64,000 bases of DNA, from contig JAKMXF010000297.1 of NCBI GenBank assembly GCA_024704765.1, positions 248,001 to 312,000 on the forward strand, written 5' to 3'. The notes beneath the pieces are model-generated. The model ran no database searches and was not told the DNA's origin. It was given only the letters and a program-made list of their open reading frames with translations. Positions 1 through 11,200 of this stretch are shown here, one piece after another. Each line of letters starts with the position of its first letter. Position 1 is the stretch's first letter. Source of the DNA: Oopsacas minuta. Taxonomy: Eukaryota; Animalia; Porifera. The translations under genes were made by a program, and so were the position numbers.

Positions 1-3
1 TCA

Positions 4-2114
4 TCAAACAACAACATAAGGCGATCTTTTGAGGATATAGGATTAGAATTAATCAGCTGATTACCAGCTTGAGGTGTTAGACTGTCTGTCTCTTGATCAG
101 GACGTAATACCATGTATACGTTCTGAGTTAGATTAGAATACTGCTTGAGGATACGTAGAAGAGTCTCTCTCTTTTCTCTGATGTCATCACTATCATTTTC
201 TCCTCCCTCTTCAAGACTTAGTTTCCGTTTCTGTTTGTCAGTCAGCTGTTGAATGACCTGTAGAATATCAGAGGAGAGGAGACTATTACCACTCCTTAGG
301 AGGGCGTGAAGTCCTGATAACAGATGGATAGGACTGTCTATAGCTAAGAGTATCTTCTCAGCTTCAGAGAAGTTAAATACAGGTCGTAGTAGAGTATTTT
401 TGAATAACTTGAATAGAACCTAAAATATGATAACATTATGTATTAACTATCTAATATAATTTAGCTTACTGACCTCGTCTTGAGCTTGGTCTACTAGTGT
501 AGGAGGTAGAGTGAGGTGGAATGGTACAATAATCTCCCTAACAACGCCTGAAGAATGTAATACAAATGTGGTAGCTAGTGGCGATGTGTAGCCCCTTGTT
601 ATTTGACCTACCCTCCTCTGTTGCTGAATCAGCTGTCCTAGTCCTAAGATCCCGTGAGGTGTGTGTAACAAGCGAGCTCCTTTCCCAATAGTGAATGCAG
701 CTATTCTAACACCTGACTGTGCAGGCCAGATTTCAAGAATTCCCCGTTTAGGCGCGTAAATAGCTAAAAATAGTCCCTCTCTCCCCAGTCCCTCTTCCTT
801 ACATTGTATCCAACCACATTGTGCGTCCCTATACCCCTTCCATATCCGGGAGACTACTTTACGCCGAGTGTCTAGCAGAAGAACACGACCAAAGTTATCT
901 GTAGCTACAGCTAGTACTCCTCTAGGGGATAGACTGATAGAAGAGACCTTACGAGGTGCATCGGATATATTAGAGTTAAGAGGAAGTCCTGTGGATCGGA
1001 GAATACGAGGAGGCTTCTTCTTAACTTCCTCTTTAGTACCTGAGGCTCCGTGTTCATTCTGGCCAAACCCAAGGGAAAGCCATCCTCCAGCTGATGAGAG
1101 TCTAGCACTTACAGCTGTCTTAACACGTGTAGCTACTTCTGCCACTATCTCAGATACATTAAGACTGTTTTGATCATTAATTAAATAGAATCCAAACATA
1201 GGGGTGCATCCCCCTGTCAAGAACTGTTCCTCTGGGTTAGCCACACCCCTCACCCTCTGCTCGAATCCACCCAGCACACAGGCGTCCTGCAGGTGGTCAA
1301 ATAGAGACGGAACAACTACACCCAGATAGACAACGTCATTAATATCTTTAGCATCCTCGAATCTCCATTTTCTATGCTCTAATCCGGTTAGATTATTGTT
1401 ATTATTGGCGCCATCAGCTGATACAGAGCTTGTTCTGCAAGACATAGCTAATGCAGATCCTGATATACTCACTACAGCTGTATTGTACAGTAGTAGAATG
1501 CTCTCTTGATCGGATAGAGGGACACGGGGATTGGTACTCACGGCGAGACAACTTGTGAAACATCGTAGCTTCCTAACAGGCTCCTCGTGTAATAGCTGTT
1601 CAAATAATAAGATAGCCTCGTCAGAGTATACCCTCAAGAAACCGGAAGTGAAGCCTACAGCAAACACATCTGTTAATATTGGCTCTCCCTCTGCCTGGAC
1701 CCCTCCCTCTCCATTACGAGTAGTAGTCGGTAACAGAAGTGTTAGAGCTATAGCATCAGTAGATTCATCTCCTGGATCTTCTGAGTCAGCTGATATTAAA
1801 GGTTGAGCTTGTGCATGGATGTTATATGAAATACTATAAGGTCCGTCTCGAGCTCCCGGACAGGACTTGAGGATTAAGATGTGTCGGGATGACAGGAGAG
1901 CTAGGTACTTCCTGTTAGGTGAAAATAAGAGGAGACTCTTCTGGATAAGGGATGAATCCCCAGGACTAGGGTACTGTAGTTCCCATGGACCGGTTGTATC
2001 ATTGATTTCTGCAGCAGCTGACTGTCTAACTCTACTCTCTAAGTCGAGTACTGATAATTCGTAGAGATAGTTTATTGGTAGCTCTGACAACAGCTGAAGT
2101 TCTACACTAGACAT
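4..2114 (-). CDS. RAB3GAP2: Rab3 GTPase-activating protein non-catalytic subunit (N-terminal WD-like domain); exons 2114-474 and 419-4, gene may continue beyond the window start
   Basis: Motifs LSPRGVLAVATDNFGRVLLLD, RIWKGYRDAQCGW, LAIYAPKRGILEIW match the Rab3GAP150 N-terminal domain. ATG at 2114 (the ORF-track TTG at 2132 is not the start). A 54-nt intron 473-420 (GAG|gtcagt...ttttag|GTT) joins an open frame VLFKLFKN... that runs to TGA at 4-6; a possible donor near 62 may extend the gene out of the window. Confidence 0.85.
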
Positions 2115-2900
2115 AACACTGTATGGTAACAATTAGAATTATGTAGTAATCTAGTTTAGTAATTATTTTATGAATTACAAGTCACGCAGAACTATGTGTT
2201 CTAGTTTACGGTAGAACATACGTATTTCATCTATGTATACATTTTATAAGTTCTCACGCTTGACTAGCGATATATTCAGTAAATTCAATTCAAAAGATTG
2301 TCCAAAATATAATATAAGAGGATTTAATGAGGATGTCGTAAGTTCTATAAACTGAATTACATGGCATGATTTTAAAATTTCCATTATAATTACGTATATT
2401 ACACGAAATTAGTTTTCTAACCAGCAACCTAGGATGCTACGTTTTGACAAAAATCGTATGATATCAGTTATTTAACCATGGATGGCAGATGTAGTCTATT
2501 TTAAGTTACGTATTTACAAATCTCCCCGACCAACCAAGCAAGGAGTGCCTCCAAATGACCTAGAACAACATCTCATTATCACATTAGGATAATAATTAAC
2601 ATCTATAGAAATATTCAAGTTTGCAGTTAGGTGCCAGAGAATAAATCAAACAAATTATCCTACACACATTAGATGGTTGGTTTCATGAACAAACATAACA
2701 GCATTTGAGGATTTAAATCTCGGAAATTAAAGGGAAAATAATTCAAAAACTCTATGACGTTAATACACGTATAGAATTTGCATTAGGTTTTGCTAATGTA
2801 GTTCACTCAATGCTGGATATGATCTATTATCTGAACTAGACAAGATATGAACAATAGCTAAAATTACATACTCAAGCTAGGAAGGAGTCATAATAATCTA

Positions 2901-4546
2901 CTATGTGAGACGCTTAGCCTTTGTGTACAGTGAGTTGACTACTTCTCCCATTTGTGAGAAAGTGTCCAAAGCTGCTTCGTATGTGCGGTCAGCCTCTGAC
3001 TCATCGAAGACAATCAGGTTTCCGTTTCCTTGGTCTAAAATCCCATGGAATGTCTTGTCAAGGATCATTTTAGACAGTTTATGTTCAACCAAGTCAACAG
3101 GGAGATCTATTAGAAGGGCAACATGTGAAATTTCTACTATAGAATAAGGTTCTATGATTTTACACAGGTTCTTCTCTAGCAAATCATCATATAGAGTCTC
3201 TAAATGAGTTTTTATTATCGTGTCTGCGCCTAAATAAGATTCGTATTGGACTAGTGTTTGTTTGAATTTTGCTAGAGAACGCTCAGAGCTTGCTTTGGCT
3301 ACAGCTTGCATTGCCAGTATTTCATTAGACAAATAGTTGAGGGTTAGTTTGCCAGAGAGCAGTCCATCAACTTCTGAAGAATTCCCCATCATTATCTTAG
3401 CAAGCAGCATATACTTCAACCCAAGTCCTGCATGAATCTTATCTCCAAAAGAATCAAATCCCTCAAACGCCTCGAAGAAGTAAGAAAAAGAAGTTTTAAA
3501 ATCTCTCTCTTCGGCGTGTAATATGCCGGATTGTAGGTCAAGCGCTGCCTGTATTTTTGGCGGACAATAGATAGCATTAGCAGTCGTACGAGCAGATGTT
3601 AGTGCAGCTCTTGATTTAGCAACGTTCTTAACACTGAAGTATGCCTTACTCTCTAACAATTGTATCTCCATAAGTAAAGCCTTGTCATCTAACTTCCTCA
3701 GTTCTCTTAGCAGCTTCGTGCCTAGCTCCAGAGCAGGACTGTAGTTACAGTTATCAACCTGTAGCGCCATAAGACGTGCCTCAAGAGATTGTCTCAAGTA
3801 AACGCGTTTCTCCATCTCTGCCCATTCGATATACATCTCCACTATGCTGACTTTATCTTCAAGAGGTACTATGCTATTCTCAATTGTAAGATATTTGTTT
3901 AGTGTGTCTGTTACTATCTTTGCTGCTTTCTGCTTGGGGAATGGATGTAGACAGTAGCGCAGATTGTATAACAAACTGCGGAATATGTGGCGGTGTTTCT
4001 CTAGAGCGGAGAGGTCATGGTTTTCAGAGGTACAAGACTTTTTCAGAATATCACCACATTCAGCGAGACTCAATTCCTTCTGCTTCGTAACCTCTACAGA
4101 TTCCTGGTCTACAAAGTCTAGAGCCATCATAGCTACTGAAGCTTCCATACGCGAATCCGAATCTAGTAATTTGTCGAATATTTTCGCGCTTAGCATCACT
4201 AACGGGACTTGATCCCCATTTTCTATTCACAAACAATAATTAATACATTAATATTCATCAACAAATGAAAGAATATAATTATGTCTCACAAACCTGTACC
4301 AATTGTTCTCTCTTTTGATTGTAAGCAATCTTTAGGAAGAAATCCCTGTTCTAAGTCAGGCATGGCTAGCAGGACTCCCACTATTGTAGAGGATAGGTTG
4401 GTAGATCCTAGGTTATTTACTCTCCCTATACACTGATTCAGACACTCCTTCAGCAACAGTCTTATATCAGGCACTCCCGCATTGGCTAGGTCTTGACTGT
4501 TGAGAAACTTGTAGAAGATGAGTCGAAAGTGGAAGACTTCATCCAT
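2901..4546 (-). CDS. PSMD11: 26S proteasome lid subunit RPN6/PSMD11 with N-terminal extension; exons 4546-4294 and 4222-2901 (524 aa)
   Basis: EKRVYLRQSLEARL, LRELRKLDDKALL, RAALTSARTTANAIYCPP, SYFFEAFEGFDS and a C-terminal PCI domain are diagnostic. The 86-aa ORF 4286-4546 splices in frame (ACA G|gtttgt...gtgaatag|AA AAT GGG, 71 nt) to the main ORF. The gene call is very firm; the first exon is less so. Confidence 0.9.
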
Positions 4547-4948
4547 TTAGCTATTCGTATATTAAAGTTATAAGCTCATATCTGGGATGATATTAGTAAC
4601 TACTATAATAGTATTGGACCGTTTTAAACAAGTCAGTAGGCGTATTTGCATACATAGACTCACGAGCAAGAATCAGAGTAGATAATGAATTAGTACAAAG
4701 CAGGACTATTCAATAAACGAATATTATGCTGACGTGTGATGAATACTTTAATAAATTATCCAATTATGTGAGGATTGCACAACTGATATAAAATTGTGCA
4801 TCTATCACTTATCCAGCCCTGAAGAATTGTATTCAAAAGTGTCTGTAACTTGTATTTGGGCAATGACTCATAGAGAAGAAATTCATGACTTTAGAGTGTA
4901 ATATAATAAAAATATCAACAATTTGGCTAGATGAGATGTAAAATACAT

Positions 4949-5491
4949 TCAAATTAAATTATCTTCATTTCTAATATACTCTCCTATATCAGCTTGATGT
5001 AATACTATTATAGTACCAGGATCACTATGTCTACATTCTTGTGTTGATTTAGCAGCTACTCCGAAGCCAAGAGGCAGATTAGCCATGTTGAAGACGACTA
5101 TTCCTTGGTGCTGAGAGATACTATCAGATAAACGACCAACTCCAGACTTGAGCACGTTATTTCCATACAGAAATGACTGCTCTGCTCCGGATTTTACCCA
5201 AACCTTACCAGTTGCGTACTGAGACAGATACTCCAGAGCTGTTATATGTAATCTAAACTTTTTACCAGCTGTAAACTTCCCGAAACAACTCCCAACAGAG
5301 ATTAGCTGCTTCCTACTTACTGATAATGAGTTTGTTAGTAATTCTTCATTCAAATAATATACTCGTTCTTTGTGTAACCGGAATGAATAGTTTCCATCTT
5401 GTCTGTCAATCAAGTGACGTATATTGTCTCCGATAAATTTAGATAACTTCTCGAAAAATATTTTCGTTTCTTCTACTGTTAATGGCCTCAT
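4949..5491 (-). CDS. NIP7: 60S ribosome subunit biogenesis protein NIP7 (180 aa, PUA domain), intronless
   Basis: [21 protein letters not shown] start, [39 protein letters not shown] end. True ATG at 5491. Confidence 0.95.
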   Translation of the reverse strand: MRPLTVEETKIFFEKLSKFIGDNIRHLIDRQDGNYSFRLHKERVYYLNEELLTNSLSVSRKQLISVGSCFGKFTAGKKFRLHITALEYLSQYATGKVWVKSGAEQSFLYGNNVLKSGVGRLSDSISQHQGIVVFNMANLPLGFGVAAKSTQECRHSDPGTIIVLHQADIGEYIRNEDNLI

Positions 5492-6294
5492 TATATAATT
5501 CACTAAATGGAATCTATTAGCTATTACTATCAGTGATTCCAACTTAAATTTTGACAAAACCCATGCCAAAGCATAAAAATCCCAAGCTATGCCAAAAATG
5601 TGTTATGCAGGCAAATATCTTTCACCAACAAACTATATATTGTAGATACAAGAAATTAATGATAGAATGGTCTTAGAAAGAACTCCAATAATCCCAAAAA
5701 CTTGAGAATAAATTTCAAGTCTTGGGGGTTTATCCCTACACACATGAGCAAAAATTCCAAGAATTTGGGAAAAACAAGCGTAGGAGACTAGGAGACACTT
5801 ATGACTATAGGCATAGCGATATAAGGGCTGGTAAGCATGCGTTGGAGAACTAGAGTATTACCCGAATCAGCGATTACTCTTATTGCTTATAAATCATGAT
5901 ACAAGTCGTCCGAAAAGAGTATGACTATGTCATATTTATAGACCCCTTGTAACTGTTCTCTGGCTTTCAAATTTTTCCCTCTTTTATGAGGGAAAAATAC
6001 GATTTAGTAATTTCGCTTGGATTATAAGCCCCAGGTATCCCTGGCAGGTTGGTAAGTATTTTATGTGCGTAAAGATCCATTCCTTAAGCCCCGAATAAAG
6101 CATTTCTTATAAAACTGTGATACTAATCTAGCAATGAATGGAGATTATTAGATTAAATAAAAATTTCGTAGATCAGCTAGGACTCAAGAAATATCGAAAG
6201 AATAAGAATGAAATCAATAATTGTCTTCTTTAATAAAGTTATGATATCATAAAAATCAAAAGAATTAATAAATACATTTTCGTTAGTTTACTGG

Positions 6295-6648
6295 CTAAGT
6301 CCCGCGATAGGTTGTGTAAGAGTAAGGACTTAACAGCAAAGGAACATGAAAATGTGAATTCGGATCATTCACAACGAAAATAACTTCTACGAATGGAAAA
6401 AAGCTCTTTTCTTTGAATTCTTCAAAGTAAAGTGAAGTTTGGAAAGTCAGTTTATAGTTTCCAGCCTGAAATTGTTCCATTTGGAGTAAATCTAAACATC
6501 TACCGTCCTTGTTAGTAACACTGTGTTTAATGAGATTCCACTTATCTTGTATTGTGTCATGATAATATAAAGAAATGGCTAATCCCTGAGCTGCTATACC
6601 TCTACTCGTATCAAGTACGTGAGTAGTTATTGCGCTTGTAGATGACAT
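6295..6648 (-). CDS. URAH: 5-hydroxyisourate hydrolase (transthyretin-like protein), 117 aa
   Basis: ITTHVLDTSRG, TNKDGRC, FFPFVEVIF, HFHVPLLLSPYSYTTYRGT. ATG at 6648; the upstream in-frame stretch has no ATG. Confidence 0.93.
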   Translation of the reverse strand: MSSTSAITTHVLDTSRGIAAQGLAISLYYHDTIQDKWNLIKHSVTNKDGRCLDLLQMEQFQAGNYKLTFQTSLYFEEFKEKSFFPFVEVIFVVNDPNSHFHVPLLLSPYSYTTYRGT

Positions 6649-6873
6649 ATCTATGAATCCTGAAGGATTATATAGAAGAGCAGAATAAAGTAAACAAGAG
6701 CCACTACAAGTATACGTACATGCCAAATTTGGTCTCGTAGAACTAAGTGTATTTCCTGGACAATTATCCGAATAGTGAACCAAATGACCCGATTTAGCCA
6801 ACAATATAATTAACTAATTTCTATGAATATGTAGACCGCCTAATTATATAGTGTCGACTCAGGTATATTCCAG

Positions 6874-6980
6874 TTGTAAGCGCGATTTGTGGATGGGGGA
6901 GGGAAGCTAGCGATTTAGGGCCTCCCCCGTCCCAATATCACTAGTGTTTTAGGGACGGGATCCTCAAATCGCGCTTACAA
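6874..6980. mobile_element. 107-bp MITE-like element with 21-bp terminal inverted repeats and an inner hairpin
   Basis: ttgtaagcgcgatttgtggat (6874-6894) vs reverse complement of 6960-6980 (1 mismatch); inner cccgtccc...gggacggg around the palindrome cactagtg. Confidence 0.7.
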
Positions 6981-7160
6981 GGGTCTATAAAATGTATTAA
7001 TTTTCTATAGGAATTTATAGACCGTCTACAAATAAGATAACTCATATTATATAACAGCTAGACAAATTGAATGTAATTGTATAATACTGGAAACTTAAAT
7101 AGATTCAGAAATATGTCCATCATATTAACAACTTATACTATCAAGAGATAATATTGATAT

Positions 7161-7952
7161 TTATGTTTCTTGTCCTACTTTAAAGAAAATATCTGATTGT
7201 ACGAATTCTGATTCTGTAGCTCTTTTTCTCACACTAGCCAGAAAACGAGAAAAGGCAAATATAATAATTAGGAACAAGAAACAGAAGGTAAGAAATTTCA
7301 ATAATTTTGGTTTACACAAGGAAGATGACGTGTATGTTCGCTTCCAAGGAGCACGGTAAGACCCAAGTTTATTCTTAACCCGCTTCTCATACTTCTTTTC
7401 ATAAATTGATTCTTCGAAAGTATCATTTGTAGGAAAGTTAGGATCTGGTACCATTTGCTGACTAATGGAGTGATGGCTGGGAAGGGGATTTGTCTCAGCA
7501 CGGTAGTTAACTTCAGCACGTGATCTTGTAACATTAGATATTTCAGGACTTGTTTTAACCAGCACATTTATACTAGTACCTGAGCCGAGTATAGGTAGGT
7601 ATGCTCTCAAGGTTTCTGCTATGGGAGAGGCATTATTATTAGGAGGGACAATAGGAGAGGAGCAGACCGGACACATAGGTACAGAACCACTTGGCTGTTC
7701 ACTTATGTGTGTACATAGGCAATCCAAATGAAATAAATCTAAACAGACAAGTCGAATAACTTCCCCCTGCTCAAAGCTAGAGTGACAAAGTGAACAGTTA
7801 GGTTTAACGTCTACATCTTTTAACCAGCGTTTATATGACTGTACTATACATCTAGAGTGTTGCTGTACTATACAGCTCTCACATACATTCACTCCGTGGG
7901 CGTAACAGTACAAATTGGTTACTACTGTACCACAACCTTTGCATATACCCAT
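7161..7952 (-). CDS. ZFPL1: Zinc finger protein-like 1 (B-box/RING-like fingers, C-terminal TM anchor), intronless
   Basis: MGICKGC..VTNLYCYAHGVNVCESC..HSRCIVQSYKRWLKD.D.KPNCSLC..RLVCLDLFHLDCL matches ZFPL1; hydrophobic segment FLTFCFLFLIIIFAF near the C-terminus. Confidence 0.92.
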   Translation of the reverse strand: MGICKGCGTVVTNLYCYAHGVNVCESCIVQQHSRCIVQSYKRWLKDVDVKPNCSLCHSSFEQGEVIRLVCLDLFHLDCLCTHISEQPSGSVPMCPVCSSPIVPPNNNASPIAETLRAYLPILGSGTSINVLVKTSPEISNVTRSRAEVNYRAETNPLPSHHSISQQMVPDPNFPTNDTFEESIYEKKYEKRVKNKLGSYRAPWKRTYTSSSLCKPKLLKFLTFCFLFLIIIFAFSRFLASVRKRATESEFVQSDIFFKVGQET

Positions 7953-8254
7953 TTTTACTGTTGCTGACTCTAATCAGTGCTAATGATTGTAAGAGATCAA
8001 TATACACAAAGCACAGCTATTACACAAGGGTAATTAATTAGATCAGTAATCATATTTATTTCATTGATTACGTAAAATGACTTAAAAACCTTTCACCATT
8101 TTGCCTCCCTTACCTGCTTGCTACTATTGTTATATCTGTTCGATTCGGAGGACAATTATCACGGTATCGGTAAATCAATAAATTCTAATTGACTATAAAG
8201 TTATTCATTTAAATATAAATAAAAATATAAGAAATAATAAAGAAAATAGATCAG

Positions 8255-11200
8255 TCAGATTGATTGAGTAGAGAGAGCTCTGTTCAGTATAGGTTTCTCT
8301 ACAGCTGATATTGGAAAAGAAGCTAGGTTTCTGCGAAACTTCTCAAGTTTGGCATACTCTTCTGGACGCAGCTGTACGAGAGGTGGAGCTTTTGGAGTAC
8401 TCTTAGGTCCAGTAGCACGAATCCAAATAGGATTGTTAGCAACAGTAGGATCAATAGTAGTAGCCTTTTTAGATTTAGAAGAATCAGAAGATCGAGGAGG
8501 ATCAGAAATACGCAGCAATCCTCTTTCTGTCATACGGAATGTAAAGGGACGGGATACAGTTCTAGGCTTAGTAGGAGGTCGAGGAGATTTGTTCTGAGGC
8601 TGTGTAGCAGGGGTACGACGCTGAGAGCTTTTTGGAGTAAGATAAGAGGGTAGCTCTGTCCATGGTCTGGTGTGAGGAGTCCTAGTAGATTTCGGGACGT
8701 ATATATAAGGATTTCTTGCAATATCCCTTGAAAACAAGTCAACTCCAGCTGATGTACCTAATTCAAGCTCAATCAAACGTTGTTTCTCTCGAATATTCAA
8801 AAGAGTGAGTTCCTTTTGTCTGCTCCAGTTACTATGACGTGCTATTCTCTCTTCAGACATTCGTTTAGCTGCATTTACATAAGCTTCTCTCTGTGTCTTA
8901 TCATTGTCCCATTTAGTGAGTTCTTTTTGTACTTCAAGACGTTTCTGTTCACGCTTACGTTCTAACCATTGAGCAACTGTAGGCTTCTTGGTTACACCTA
9001 AGCTAGCTAGGAATTCTTCAAGCTTCCTGTTGGTTTCACGGGCAATAACTAGCTCATCGTGTACCTCCTTTCCTACTTCATTTGCCTCAGAAAACAGGCG
9101 CTCAAATTCCTTTAAGTACTGTTCCTTCTCTTTGCTTGCTTTCTCTTTCATCGCAGCCTGTAATGAAATATACGTAACAATCTGTAAACTGGAGAGATTG
9201 AACCGGTCAATTTTCCGTGGCCTGACCCGACCCGACTGTTTCCATCTCTGGTAAACAGTTTGGGAAAGCGGGTATATATATTTAATATAAGTGTACAATT
9301 ATTAATACAAATTTCCAAAGAAATAAAGTGTAATAGAGATTCTTAATAACTATTTACTCCCCATCTATTCATGAAATTACACTTACAAGTTTATTCTGTG
9401 TCTCCTTTGCTACTCTCTTCCTCAGAATATCTACCCGTACTTCTTCCAATTTCTTATTAGCGTCAAAAGAAATATTTCTAGCACGAGTAATTTCTTCCAT
9501 AACATGATGTCCAATACTCTTATTAGGATCTATGGGAGAGGGGGTTGCCGTAGAAAATTTAGCTAGCTCCTTCACCATCTTTTCTAGTCTAGTATTCTCA
9601 TCATCATCATCACTCTATCGTGTATTACAGTAACACAAGTACATAAATTTATTAAATATTTCGATTGACTAGGGAATCACTTTTCTAGGAGTTATCAAAA
9701 ATGTAAATCATAAGTATATACTATAGTATTGATAGTTTGATACGTACCTCATCCTTGATGGGATGCTCCTGTATAGTGTGAAGTAGCTTAGTTTCTTCAA
9801 TCACTGCAGGAGTTTTCTCTTCCTTAGCAGCTGACTGTTGAGCATCAGAATATATTTTAGAACCTACTTGTCTCTGTACCTGAATATCTTTCCTTAGTTC
9901 ATCAAGTTCTCCTTGCATAACGGCTCCAGCAGCCTCTAGTCCCAGTTGTCCTACTTCTCCTCCTAGAGCAGCACTCAGTACAGCTACAGCACCTGCTGCT
10001 AGGTAGGATACAGCACTGACAGATAATTCCTCCTCTATAACAGGACCTCTAGCATCCTGTACAACTGACAGCTGTTTCTTAAGAGTCCTATCATAACATA
10101 ATTGGTACACATCTATACGTATACTATATTACGTCATCAATCTGAACTAACCTTGCATTGATCTGCTCCTGTGGAGATACGTCAGTGGGATATATAGGGA
10201 GGATGGGCATAGAGGAGGGCTGAGGTGCTGGAGTGAATTTAAGGGGTGGGGTTGCTAATGAAATAGTGTGTAGTCCTGGGAAATACTTCCTCTCCTTGAG
10301 GGGTGTCGGTACATGGAAGGGAGAGAGTACAGATCTAGAACCATCTTCTTCATCAGTTGTATCTGTATCTACTAATAAGCACACCTCTCCTCCTTTAGTT
10401 AGTCCAGTTTCTGATAGAGAAGAAGCTATATCTGTATCAGTACCTGTACTAGCCTGTTTTCTCTTCCTTTTACTCTCTGCTACTCTACGTCTGAGCATCT
10501 TCTGTATCTTCCTACTAGCCTTGTCAGCTACATCCTCTCCTCCCTTCCCTCCCAAACTCTCCAAGTATGACACTACGTCATCAAATCCTTTCATTCTAGC
10601 GAAATCAACAGGTGTATAGTACACAGACTTGGCATTAGTGGTGTCTTCATGTGAGAGAATAGAGTTAACCTCAGCACCATTCTCCAGCAAGAATTGACAC
10701 ATTTCAACACTGCCTTTATCTGCCGCGTAGTGTAGCAGAGAAGCTCCATTCCCTCCTTTATTGTTAACAGAACAGTGTACATGAACTAGTAAATACCGTA
10801 AACATTCTATCTGCATATTCACCACTGCTTCATGTGCAGGACGGATCCCTTCAAACGTGGATAGATCTAGATTGGCTTTATGCTCCTTTAGTACCCGTAA
10901 GTAGTCAATGAGACCGTGTACAGATGCTAGATGTGCTACTGAGCGGTCTCTCAGGTCCTGGTGATCAGGATACACTCCTACACTTAGTAGATAACGGAAA
11001 CACTCTAGGTTCCTGCGGTCTAATGCGTAGAAGAGAGCTGTCTGTCCTTCATTATCAACAATGCTGCCCTGAGAGAGAATAATCCGTAGATATACAATAT
11101 AGACAATGGAAATTATAAACTAACAGGAAACGCACACTCTTCCACCAGACATCTACATGTCTCAATAAGACCCTCTTGTGCAGCTAGATGAAGAGCTGAG

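Noticed and set aside
868-1806. Plus-strand ORFs overlapping RAB3GAP2 (and similar shadow ORFs over PSMD11, the ankyrin gene, EZH, SULT and the astacins)
   Set aside because: Antisense or alternate-frame shadows of well-supported genes with no recognisable motifs; the identical pair 55961-56146 / 58639-58824 simply reflects the inverted repeat.
4199-4219. Apparent uORF MGIKSR and GTG start in front of PSMD11
   Set aside because: This sequence is better explained as the start of exon 2 read in the PSMD11 frame.
5563-5873. Short plus-strand frames ([13 protein letters not shown]..., LENKFQVLGVYPY...)
   Set aside because: Under 55 codons, no consistent splice model, no family match.
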